A DNA stretch of 20,000 nt from an uncultured bacterium (GCA_964644695.1 CAZXWN010000005.1:119544-139543); one strand, 5' to 3'; shown: positions 8,179-15,969, numbered from the stretch's first letter. A program made the numbers and translations. Notes: a model not told the origin generated them from the sequence alone.

Positions 8179-8592
8179 TCACTGCTCCTCCGTGTCCGAT
8201 TCAGGAGATAGTAACTTTGCATCAACAAAAATTGGAGCATCATGCCTTAAAGCTAAATTTAACGCATCACTGGGACGGGAATCAATCTGAACTGTTTGTC
8301 CATCAGGAGATTGGAGAACCAACTTTGCGTAATAGGTATCAGCTTTCACGCCATCAATAATGATTTGCTCAATAAAAATTCCAAGCCGATGCACCATGTC
8401 AGTAATCATGTCATACGTCAAAGGTCGGGGGGTGTTGCGATGATAGAGTTTCTGGTGAAGGGCTTGAGCTTCAAAGAATCCGATGTACATCGGCAGTTTT
8501 CGTTTTCCGTTTTTTTCTTTCAGAACAACTAATTGTGGAGAATTCCAGTGGGATTCATCCAGCCTTAATTCTGTTAATTCCATTTCAATCAT
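8179..8592 (-). CDS. Bifunctional nuclease family protein (DUF151)
   Basis: LVVLKE, LPMYIGFFEAQAL, PRPLTYD, TYYAKL and IDSRPSDALNLALR motifs. Confidence 0.93.
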   Translation of the reverse strand: MIEMELTELRLDESHWNSPQLVVLKEKNGKRKLPMYIGFFEAQALHQKLYHRNTPRPLTYDMITDMVHRLGIFIEQIIIDGVKADTYYAKLVLQSPDGQTVQIDSRPSDALNLALRHDAPIFVDAKLLSPESDTEEQ

Positions 8593-8650
8593 AATTACTT
8601 GTCCCCATAACCGAAAATGGACGCTTTTTAGTGTGATTCTTCCTTGTTAA

Positions 8651-8679
8651 AGTATATCCTTCAAACGGTCTTCATTCAA
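8651..8679 (-). promoter_or_regulatory. Sigma-70-type promoter for the DUF151 gene
   Basis: TTGAAT-N17-TATACT. Confidence 0.6.
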
Positions 8680-8696
8680 TCACCCTCTAGATGCTC

Positions 8697-8725
8697 TTGA
8701 CGAGTGAAGTCAGGATGGATAGGAT
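8697..8725 (+). promoter_or_regulatory. Sigma-70-type promoter for the coiled-coil gene
   Basis: TTGACG-N17-TAGGAT, back-to-back with the DUF151 promoter. Confidence 0.55.
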
Positions 8726-8797
8726 TTTATATATTATTTTAGTATTATTTTCTGTGTTTCTCCCATGTAAATAATCATTGTGATTAATCTATAACTG

Positions 8798-9310
8798 ATG
8801 CCCGATTTGGAAAATTATACCAATATGACTGACTTAACCTCACAAATAATTGATCAACGTATTGAAGAAAATCGCAAACTAATTGAAAAGCTTGAAAGAG
8901 ATATACATGACTTGGAAAAACAACGTGTTAACCATATCAAAGTCTTAGAACAGAATAATTTTGAAGATGGCACACAAGACCAACTTCGATTAATCGATAG
9001 AGAAATCGAACATAATAAAGAACGCACCCGTATTATTGAGACACAAATTAATGATATTAGACATAAATTCCAACTTATTCATCAAAACACCCAGGACTCC
9101 TACAACGACACCATTCAATCACGGATTATAATGGTCAGCGCAGAACGAGATAGAGTTCGCAATGAATTACTTCCCATGGTCACCATTTTAATGCAAGACT
9201 TAGAATCCAGGAAAAGAGCATTAGACTCTATCATCTTAAGTCTGAGTAAGGAAATAAACATTATCTCTCGCAATAAGAGGGATGAGGATCTTGATTCTGA
9301 TATTCAATAG
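8798..9310 (+). CDS. Hypothetical coiled-coil protein
   Basis: 170-aa ORF with continuous I/L heptad periodicity, rich in E/Q/R/N/D. No family recognised. Start uncertain (8798 or 8825). Confidence 0.75.
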   Translation: MPDLENYTNMTDLTSQIIDQRIEENRKLIEKLERDIHDLEKQRVNHIKVLEQNNFEDGTQDQLRLIDREIEHNKERTRIIETQINDIRHKFQLIHQNTQDSYNDTIQSRIIMVSAERDRVRNELLPMVTILMQDLESRKRALDSIILSLSKEINIISRNKRDEDLDSDIQ

Positions 9311-9583
9311 TTTTCACTCTTTGCTCAAAGATATATCTTTTCCACACAGAATCACCTACTTAAGAACTTTTTTCTTCATTTTTATTAGTAATTATCAATA
9401 TTTATTCCCTGCTAATTAACCTTACTCACCTAACACAATCAGCTACTTTATGAGTATGTTAAAGCCCTGAATATCTGATGGAATAAGGCTTTTGCCAAAC
9501 AACTCAGTACTAAGCCATAAACAACCTCTCTGCATTTCAAAATAAAATAATCTAATTCCCTTGACTTTATAGGACTTAACCTC

Positions 9584-9612
9584 TTGCAAAGCGAGTGAAA
9601 CAAAGTTAATAT
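9584..9612 (+). promoter_or_regulatory. Putative sigma-70-type promoter for the HU/IHF gene
   Basis: TTGCAA-N17-TAATAT. Confidence 0.5.
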
Positions 9613-9750
9613 GAAGTTATAGGCAGGTTAATAAGTCACTACCATTGAAGCAATAAGAAAATAAATAACAAGAAAAAACTGAAATAAAAATAAAAAAGAC
9701 CAAACAATCCTCCAGGGTCCGTCAGGAATCTGGAAGAAAGGGGAGGGCAA

Positions 9751-10038
9751 ATGATCAAGGCTGACATTATCAATGAAGTCGCCAACCGGACCAAACTTCC
9801 GCGAGCAGACACCGCTGTTGTCGTCGAAGAGATTATCAATGTAATTAAAGAATCTCTGGCACGTGGTGAACGGCTTGAATTACGGAATTTTGGGGTATTC
9901 CAAGTCAAACAGCGAGTCGCTCGTATTGGCAGGAATCCGAAGACCAAAGTCGAGGCGAAAATTCCGCCTCGTAAGGTCCCGGTCTTCAAGCCCGGACGGG
10001 AATTGAAGTACATGCTCAATCCCGATGGCAAATCTTGA
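9751..10038 (+). CDS. HU/IHF family DNA-binding protein
   Basis: MIKADIINEVA, GERLELRNFGVF, ARIGRNPKT and VPVFKPGRELK motifs; strong GGGAGG RBS. Confidence 0.96.
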   Translation: MIKADIINEVANRTKLPRADTAVVVEEIINVIKESLARGERLELRNFGVFQVKQRVARIGRNPKTKVEAKIPPRKVPVFKPGRELKYMLNPDGKS

Positions 10039-10069
10039 ACTGAAAGGTCTAAAGTTTTGGACAAAACCT

Positions 10070-10105
10070 CTCCCCTTTAGGTAGTATTAAAGGGGAGTTT
10101 CTTTT
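10070..10105 (+). terminator. Terminator hairpin after the HU/IHF gene, overlapping the next gene's RBS
   Basis: CTCCCCTTTA-GGTAGTAT-TAAAGGGGAG followed by TTTCTTTT. Confidence 0.7.
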
Positions 10106-10108
10106 GAT

Positions 10109-11416
10109 ATGAAAATAAATCAAGCCCGTTCACCTTACTCACAGATGTTCTATGCGTTCCAGATACTACTTCTGGTTCTTTTTGGTTATTTATACTGGCA
10201 AAATCAGGTATCTTCTGTTTTGGCTAATTTCCATGGAAATGATTTTGCCCATAATTATCTGGCAGCAGACCTGTTAACTAAAGGTGGAAACCCATACGAC
10301 CGTGATCAACTATTGATGGCGGCGCAACTCCATGGAATTCCCCAAACAAATCCTTATGTATACCCTCTCTTTGTTGCTGTACTCTTTATTCCCCTTACTT
10401 TGTTTAATTTTGTAACCGCTAAACTTATATGGTTCATACTCAATCAAATAATGTGGTTCTCTGTTTTAGGATTAACTGTTTCTCGATTTCCTAAGGCTCT
10501 CAAACAGATGGGATTTATTTTAGGTTTAGGAATGTCTGCGCTTTACTATCCAATGACCCGAACACTTACCGCCGGCCAATTAAATATCTTCATCCTGTTT
10601 GTATTGGTATTAGCCTGGTATTTTTATCAAAAATCCAATAAATGGAGTGCTGGCATCTGCCTGTGTTTGGCGACAGTGATTAAACTGTTCCCTGGACTAT
10701 TTTTGGTTTATCTAATATTAAAAAAACAGTGGAAAACACTGGGAGCAGCACTTGTTTTAATTGGGTTATTATTCGCAGGAGGGTTACTTGCCTGGGGACC
10801 TAAACCTTTTATTGAATATACCAAAATGGTTCAATCCATGAACTATGGACAGTCTGTGTGGCAAGATGGCGGAGAAGTCTTCCATGTTTCTCCTGCAAAT
10901 CAGTCCATACATGCATTAATTTTCCGAACACTCACTCCCAATCCCGAAACAATACCCTGGTCACAGTCTCCCTGGCTGGCAAAGTGGCTTAGCACACTAA
11001 CCGCCTTAATTGTTTTAATAATAGGTTTAGGAGCAGCATGGGAAAACCATTGTCCCGGGATGGAAAACCTCCGTATCAGTTCCATTCTATTGACAGCTTT
11101 ACTGATACCAAGCCTTTGCTGGGATCATTACCTGGTTTATGTTCTCTGGGTCCTTTTAGTTATTCTACTCACCCTATGTGAACATCAGAAATTATCTCAG
11201 GGATGGATTACCTTAATCGCAATAATAACTATATGGACGGCGATGCCCTTTAATTTCTGGAGTCCTGCGCATCGGGCAGGTAATGGAATATTATGGATGA
11301 GTTTCAAAATGTACCCTATGGTCATTATCTGGGCAGCATTAAATTGGGAACTTTGGAAATATAGACATATTCAATCTCCGGCTCCAGAAGCAGTAATCAC
11401 ACAAGAATCAATATAA
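10109..11416 (+). CDS. Glycosyltransferase family 87 (DUF2029) membrane protein, GT-C fold
   Basis: NDFAHNYLAA...GGNPYD, PYVYPLF, GQLNI, ATVIKLFP, NQSI and PSLCWDHY motifs; many TM helices. Confidence 0.88.
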   Translation: MKINQARSPYSQMFYAFQILLLVLFGYLYWQNQVSSVLANFHGNDFAHNYLAADLLTKGGNPYDRDQLLMAAQLHGIPQTNPYVYPLFVAVLFIPLTLFNFVTAKLIWFILNQIMWFSVLGLTVSRFPKALKQMGFILGLGMSALYYPMTRTLTAGQLNIFILFVLVLAWYFYQKSNKWSAGICLCLATVIKLFPGLFLVYLILKKQWKTLGAALVLIGLLFAGGLLAWGPKPFIEYTKMVQSMNYGQSVWQDGGEVFHVSPANQSIHALIFRTLTPNPETIPWSQSPWLAKWLSTLTALIVLIIGLGAAWENHCPGMENLRISSILLTALLIPSLCWDHYLVYVLWVLLVILLTLCEHQKLSQGWITLIAIITIWTAMPFNFWSPAHRAGNGILWMSFKMYPMVIIWAALNWELWKYRHIQSPAPEAVITQESI

Positions 11417-11483
11417 GATAAAAACTACCATCTGATTACTTACAACCTTTCTTATACAACCTCTTATTTCTGAAACTAATTAT

Positions 11484-11521
11484 AAAAGGGAGTTAGATTG
11501 ACCGAACCAACCTAACTCCCT
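11484..11521 (-). terminator. Terminator downstream of the creD-like gene
   Basis: AGGGAGTTAG...CTAACTCCCT stem with a T-run on the minus strand, between convergent genes. Confidence 0.7.
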
Positions 11522-11551
11522 CTCCAAAACAAGAAATTGATTACGATCGAA

Positions 11552-12775
11552 TTACTTGGCCATAACTTTTTCCCAATCGACCTTTGCGGTCACCATCATC
11601 ACCAGGAAAAGAGTGAGGATACAAAGAATCGTTATCGCCAGCCCCGTGAATCCCTTAAGAAAAAAGGTATAAGAGAAGAGAATCAGATAGGCTAGTTGGC
11701 TTGGTGCGACATACCGTAGGGTAAATTGTTTGGTAGTAACTCTACCCATGTAAGATAGAACTAACCCCAGAGACATTAAAGAGCAAATAACCAATGCCCA
11801 CTCCACGGAAATATGGTCCACAAGATAGGCTAGCAAAAGGTGAAAACTGAAAAACGAAACACCCAAAAAGAAGTAGTGCATCGGATGAAGTTTTACTTCT
11901 TTCATGGTCGAAAAAATAAAAACCATAAAGAAGAACAAGAACAGAGCTACTGGAGCCATAAATATTACTCGACTTGCCCAGGGACCTGGATTTATCTTTT
12001 CCGGCATTGTTATGCCAATTTGGACACCTGATAATAAATTCTGATAATCCCAGTTCAAAATCATGCCACTGTCAGAATTATTTTTTGAAGTTGGTGACAT
12101 AGCGTCATCAGGATAATCCACCTGAACAAAATCTGTCATAACTTTTAAATGGAAGTCTTTTACTTGTTTTACATTATCACCAAACCAGTATCCCCACCGT
12201 TCTAATCCTTGAGATTGATATTGAATTTGAAATGTTTCATTTTGGCCAGGAGACAAATCCATTCCAATTTCAACCACACCATCAGAGCCAATAACCAGCG
12301 GTTGCTCAATATTACCAATCTTGACTGAAAATTCATCATACTTGGCACCGGCGACAGGTAATTCAAACCGGGCAGTAAAATGTCTTGGCTCCTGAACTGG
12401 ATTAGAAACTTTATACTTCCCGTTAAAATTCACTTTGTATGTGGGATACCATAACAAACCTTTTCGCCTGGGTTCTAAATTTAGTTTTACCTGGATATTA
12501 CTTCCGTCTAAAGGGATAATCGTGGGTGTATTGACCAGCTCACTTCGTCTGATCACTTTGCTTCCCTCTGTGGATTCCATCCAGTTTGTAGATTGGGTAT
12601 AGTATTGAAATTGAGGCGCTTTTTGTAACTGTTGTGATCCCCATATTTTTGAAACAGAACTCCGTAAATTCCCATCTTGAGAATCCGTGCGGACCAAAAG
12701 AGTTCCTCCCAATATAGCCCAGGCAGTACAAATACAGATAAAAATAAACACGATCGCAGTAATCTTTTTAACCAT
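11552..12775 (-). CDS. CreD-family inner membrane protein
   Basis: One N-terminal TM, SVSKIWG...Q, a large extracytoplasmic domain, then about 6 TMs with LHPMHYFFLG...FHLLLAYLVDH and a terminal VDW. TAAGGAG RBS. Confidence 0.78.
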   Translation of the reverse strand: MVKKITAIVFIFICICTAWAILGGTLLVRTDSQDGNLRSSVSKIWGSQQLQKAPQFQYYTQSTNWMESTEGSKVIRRSELVNTPTIIPLDGSNIQVKLNLEPRRKGLLWYPTYKVNFNGKYKVSNPVQEPRHFTARFELPVAGAKYDEFSVKIGNIEQPLVIGSDGVVEIGMDLSPGQNETFQIQYQSQGLERWGYWFGDNVKQVKDFHLKVMTDFVQVDYPDDAMSPTSKNNSDSGMILNWDYQNLLSGVQIGITMPEKINPGPWASRVIFMAPVALFLFFFMVFIFSTMKEVKLHPMHYFFLGVSFFSFHLLLAYLVDHISVEWALVICSLMSLGLVLSYMGRVTTKQFTLRYVAPSQLAYLILFSYTFFLKGFTGLAITILCILTLFLVMMVTAKVDWEKVMAK

Positions 12776-12797
12776 TTCTCGTCTCCTTATAGTTTTC

Positions 12798-13688
12798 TTA
12801 TACGGCTTTTGTAAAATCTTGCATGTCCGACAAATAAATCCCTGTAGTCGGAGGTATTTGCATTAAAGTTTCCCTGATTTCTTCTACGACCCAATCCGGA
12901 GTCGATGTTCCTGCTGTCAGCCCCACAACCCTGAATGAGTAAAACATATCCGGAGATATGTCCCCACTGGATTCAACCTGATAAACTTTGAGTCCCAGGC
13001 TAATTCCCAGCTCCACCAGCTCGCGAGTATTGTTTGAGTTTTTCCCACCTACTACCACCAGGCAATCCACTTGATTAGCTAATTGAATTACTGCTTGTTG
13101 ACGTCTTTTCGTAGGTTCACAAATCGTATTGACCCAGTATATTTCACTTTCTGGATTTTTCCTTTGGATCTCATCCATAATTTTCGGCACAGCTCGCGGA
13201 GAGAAAGTGCTCTGACATAAAACACCCAGCTTATGACAGGGGTAGCTTCGAACATCCTGTTCACTGGATACAACGGAATAGTTTTCCAAATCCCCAGTGA
13301 TTCCCTTCACTTCCACATGACCCACCTTCCCCAATACAATCACATGATATCCTTCATCGTGTAATTTTCTTGCATGGTTCTGAATGTTCTTCACCAGGGG
13401 ACAGGTAGTATCTATCATCCTCTTTCCCTGCCCTGCTAATCCACTCAACTCCCGCTGGCTAATCCCATGAGCTGTAATCATTATCTCAGGCGCTGTGATA
13501 AATTTCCCTTTCTCCGACTCGGCAATAATCTGATATCCGCGCATTTGCATTTCCTGATTTATATCAGCATTGTGGACCAACTCCCCATAAATTGCAATCC
13601 GGGTTGGATCCTTTTCGGTTCGAGCTGTCTGTAATGCGCGGCGGACTCCCATACACATCCCCCACACACTCGCCATGATGACTTTCAT
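12798..13688 (-). CDS. ispH: 4-hydroxy-3-methylbut-2-enyl diphosphate reductase
   Basis: GMCMGVRRA, ELVHN, TAHG, DTTCPLV, GHVEV, QST, NTICEPT, VVGGKNSNNT and TAGTSTP; all three Fe-S Cys present. Start reassigned to ATG 13688 (AGGAGGAG RBS), giving 296 aa. Confidence 0.95.
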   Translation of the reverse strand: MKVIMASVWGMCMGVRRALQTARTEKDPTRIAIYGELVHNADINQEMQMRGYQIIAESEKGKFITAPEIMITAHGISQRELSGLAGQGKRMIDTTCPLVKNIQNHARKLHDEGYHVIVLGKVGHVEVKGITGDLENYSVVSSEQDVRSYPCHKLGVLCQSTFSPRAVPKIMDEIQRKNPESEIYWVNTICEPTKRRQQAVIQLANQVDCLVVVGGKNSNNTRELVELGISLGLKVYQVESSGDISPDMFYSFRVVGLTAGTSTPDWVVEEIRETLMQIPPTTGIYLSDMQDFTKAV

Positions 13689-13711
13689 CGTCTCCTCCTT
13701 ATCCTTTCTTT

Positions 13712-13730
13712 TACTTTGCACCGCAAAGTA
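13712..13730. promoter_or_regulatory. Palindromic operator, copy 2 (ACTTTG-N5-CAAAGT)
   Basis: TACTTTGC-ACC-GCAAAGTA in the gap between the regulator stop and the ispH RBS. Confidence 0.75.
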
Positions 13731-13747
13731 GGCGGTAAAAATTAATG

Positions 13748-14047
13748 TCACTGAATGTTTTTAAGAATCTTCTCCAAATTTTCGAGGTGGTCCGTAAAAG
13801 CCTTTCTTCCTTCAGCTGTGGCCGAATAAAGAGTCACTTGGCGCCCAGGCCCGGCTTCCTTCAAAATCTGGATATATCCAGCTTGCTCCAGTGTATTAGC
13901 ATGACTGGCCAAATTCCCATCCGTTAAGTCCAGAGTTTGTTTCAACTCAAGAAACTCGATTCGCTCATGAATCATCAGTAAAGACATGATTCCCAACCGA
14001 TATCGATTTTCAAATATTTTATTTAATTGCTGGATATGTTCTTTCAC
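13748..14047 (-). CDS. Winged helix-turn-helix transcriptional regulator (ArsR/MarR-like, HTH_34 type)
   Basis: FENRYRLGIMSLL, FLELKQTLDLTDGNLASHANTLEQAGYI and TAEGRKAF; the GTG start overlaps the upstream stop (GTGA). Confidence 0.92.
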   Translation of the reverse strand: MKEHIQQLNKIFENRYRLGIMSLLMIHERIEFLELKQTLDLTDGNLASHANTLEQAGYIQILKEAGPGRQVTLYSATAEGRKAFTDHLENLEKILKNIQ

Positions 14048-14649
14048 TTTTCATACTTCAAATAGATATAGGTTCCATACACAATATGTAAAACCCCGAA
14101 CCCAATGCCCCAAAAAATTAATCCCCACATAGGATAAAAAGCCGCAAGGATTCCCAAAAGAGCCTCACAGTATGCCAGAAATTGAATTTCTTTAACTGTG
14201 TATTTGCTGGCTGATAATAAACTTATTCCATAGATCATAAGAGTGACCGGGGCTAACAACTCCAAATACTCATTCTGAATCAACGCAAGACAAAATAGCC
14301 CCCCAATTACCAAGGGAGTAAACAGGCTGATCAACATGTACTTGGATGTTTTGTTCCATACAGGTAGCCCTTTCCGGTTGGCCATCCGGACTGTAAATAA
14401 AACAGCAAGTGCCAGGGAAAGAATCAGCACTAACCCTGCAATAGCAGCCATTATCCAGCCAACACCGCCAATAGACCCGGGATATTTCCGGAAAGGTTGT
14501 ATGAACTCATATACTACCCAGTCTCCTATTAAGGCGATTATTCCTATCGTAATTCCTGATAATCCACTCAATGAAAGGAACTTTGACGACCTCTCCATCA
14601 TGTCCCGTATCTCAGCAATATCCTTTAAGTGGGTCTCTATTTGATTCAT
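14044..14649 (-). CDS. Conserved hypothetical membrane protein (about 6 TM), coupled to the wHTH regulator
   Basis: LKDIAEIRDMMERSSKFLSLSGLSG N-terminus and GFGVLHIVYG C-terminus; hydrophobic helices; 4-nt overlap with the regulator. Confidence 0.85.
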   Translation of the reverse strand: MNQIETHLKDIAEIRDMMERSSKFLSLSGLSGITIGIIALIGDWVVYEFIQPFRKYPGSIGGVGWIMAAIAGLVLILSLALAVLFTVRMANRKGLPVWNKTSKYMLISLFTPLVIGGLFCLALIQNEYLELLAPVTLMIYGISLLSASKYTVKEIQFLAYCEALLGILAAFYPMWGLIFWGIGFGVLHIVYGTYIYLKYEK

Positions 14650-14660
14650 CGTTACATCTC

Positions 14661-14677
14661 ACTTTGTGTTACAAAGT
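14661..14677. promoter_or_regulatory. Palindromic operator, copy 1 (ACTTTG-N5-CAAAGT)
   Basis: ACTTTGT-GTT-ACAAAGT, 11 nt upstream of the ATG at 14649. Confidence 0.75.
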
Positions 14678-14734
14678 ATAAGGTTTTAAAAAAGGGGCAT
14701 TTCTGCCACTTAGTAATAATTACTTACGAAATTG

Positions 14735-14764
14735 ATAATATGTTGACTGGTCACAGAGTGTCAA
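14735..14764 (-). promoter_or_regulatory. Putative sigma-70-type promoter of the membrane protein-wHTH-ispH-creD operon
   Basis: TTGACA-N18-TATTAT. Confidence 0.55.
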
Positions 14765-14891
14765 GTTATTTTTTCAAATTACAATAACCCGTGAAAATCA
14801 CACAAATATTCAGGTTATTTTGTATGTATCTCAGACCTTCCGCTTAAGCAACAACAAACATCAAAAGAAACCTCGGCATCACAGATGGTTT

Positions 14892-14928
14892 ATTCTGCAA
14901 CATATTATGATATAAAATGTTGCAGAAT
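14892..14928. repeat. 12-bp perfect inverted repeat upstream of the zinc-ribbon genes
   Basis: ATTCTGCAACAT-ATTATGATATAAA-ATGTTGCAGAAT. Confidence 0.8.
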
Positions 14929-14955
14929 GATACGTTACTTAAAAAAGAGAAAAAT

Positions 14956-15282
14956 ATGGCTGGATACAAACATCCCTGTGAATATTGTAATGCGTTGATT
15001 CCTGGAGAATCACGATTATGTCCAATGTGCGGCGCTGAAGACCCATTAATTCTTCGTTGCCCTGACTGCAGAAATCCTGTTGAACGAAAATGGGCAAAAT
15101 GTAATCTTTGTGGACTTCCCCTGAAAATAAACTGCCCATCCTGCAAAAAACTAACACAAAATTCTACCCAATGTGAGTTTTGTAAATCATCTCTTATTGT
15201 TGTATGCCCAAATAAAAAATGCCATGTAAAACAATCCGTTTTTCATACCAAGTGCCGGGAATGTGGCACTGCACTATCATAA
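14956..15282 (+). CDS. Double-zinc-ribbon repeat protein (8 Cys pairs)
   Basis: CEYC, CPMC, CPDC, CNLC, CPSC, CEFC, CPNKKC, CREC. Start probably MAGYKHPC at 14956; the ATG at 14917 sits in the inverted repeat. Confidence 0.85.
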   Translation: MAGYKHPCEYCNALIPGESRLCPMCGAEDPLILRCPDCRNPVERKWAKCNLCGLPLKINCPSCKKLTQNSTQCEFCKSSLIVVCPNKKCHVKQSVFHTKCRECGTALS

Positions 15283-15303
15283 CTACCAAGGAGAAATAAT
15301 CTA

Positions 15304-15969
15304 ATGTCATTACAATCTTTCTGTCGCAACTATGAAGATAATAGTACTGAAGCTGGATTCCAATTCACATTCTACTGTGACCTTTGCCAGGATGGTTTTA
15401 AAACTCACTTCATCGAATCCAAGACTTATAAGAAAGGTGGCTTCCTCCGCTCCCTGTCTCAGGGACTGTCACTGGGCGCTTCATTGTTAGGTCAGGCAGG
15501 AATTGGGTCCAACATTGAGCGGGGTGCAGATATTCTTTCGGAGAGATTCCAGGGGATGTCTCCTGAATGGCACAAAGAACACGAAGCCGCCTTTGAAATA
15601 GCTCAGAATGAAGCCAAGGGGCATTACCATCGGTGTCACAAGTGCCGTCAATGGGTTTGTGAAACTGATTTCAACGAAGAAGAAGGTTTGTGTGTTGATT
15701 GCGCTCCCCGGATGAATGTTGAAATTGCCGCAGCTAAAGCAGAGAAGATGGTCGAAGACATCAAAGAAAAAGCTAAAAATACTCAAGTGTTCAAAGGGGA
15801 TATTGAGAGTAAACAAATCACCTGTCCGGAATGTGGAAAGCCAACCAATCAGGGAAAATTCTGCGGTAACTGTGGCGCCGGGCTGGGATTAGCTGTTTGC
15901 CCTAATTGTAAGGCCAAAAGCCAGGCGGGAACTCGTTTCTGTGGTGAATGTGGAACGCGGCTGAACTAA
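15304..15969 (+). CDS. Zinc-ribbon domain protein with C-terminal double zinc ribbon
   Basis: GFQFTFYCDLC, CHKCRQWVC, CVDCAP, then CPEC/FCGNCG/CPNC/FCGECG; AAGGAG RBS. Confidence 0.9.
   Translation: MSLQSFCRNYEDNSTEAGFQFTFYCDLCQDGFKTHFIESKTYKKGGFLRSLSQGLSLGASLLGQAGIGSNIERGADILSERFQGMSPEWHKEHEAAFEIAQNEAKGHYHRCHKCRQWVCETDFNEEEGLCVDCAPRMNVEIAAAKAEKMVEDIKEKAKNTQVFKGDIESKQITCPECGKPTNQGKFCGNCGAGLGLAVCPNCKAKSQAGTRFCGECGTRLN

Noticed and set aside
9338-9346. DnaA-box match TTTTCCACA suggesting oriC in the 440-nt gap
   Set aside because: Single match with no box cluster and no dnaA/dnaN/gidA context; expected by chance.
898-9510. Shared 11-mer CAACTCAGTAC at 898-908 and 9500-9510
   Set aside because: Repeats this short are expected by chance in 20 kb.
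9639-10064. 141-aa minus-strand ORF
   Set aside because: Antisense to the clear HU/IHF gene; its hydrophobic tail is just the complement of the A-rich leader.
13689-13751. 21-aa N-terminal extension of IspH in the ORF track
   Set aside because: It spans the operator palindrome; a strong RBS precedes ATG 13688, which matches the usual IspH N-terminus.
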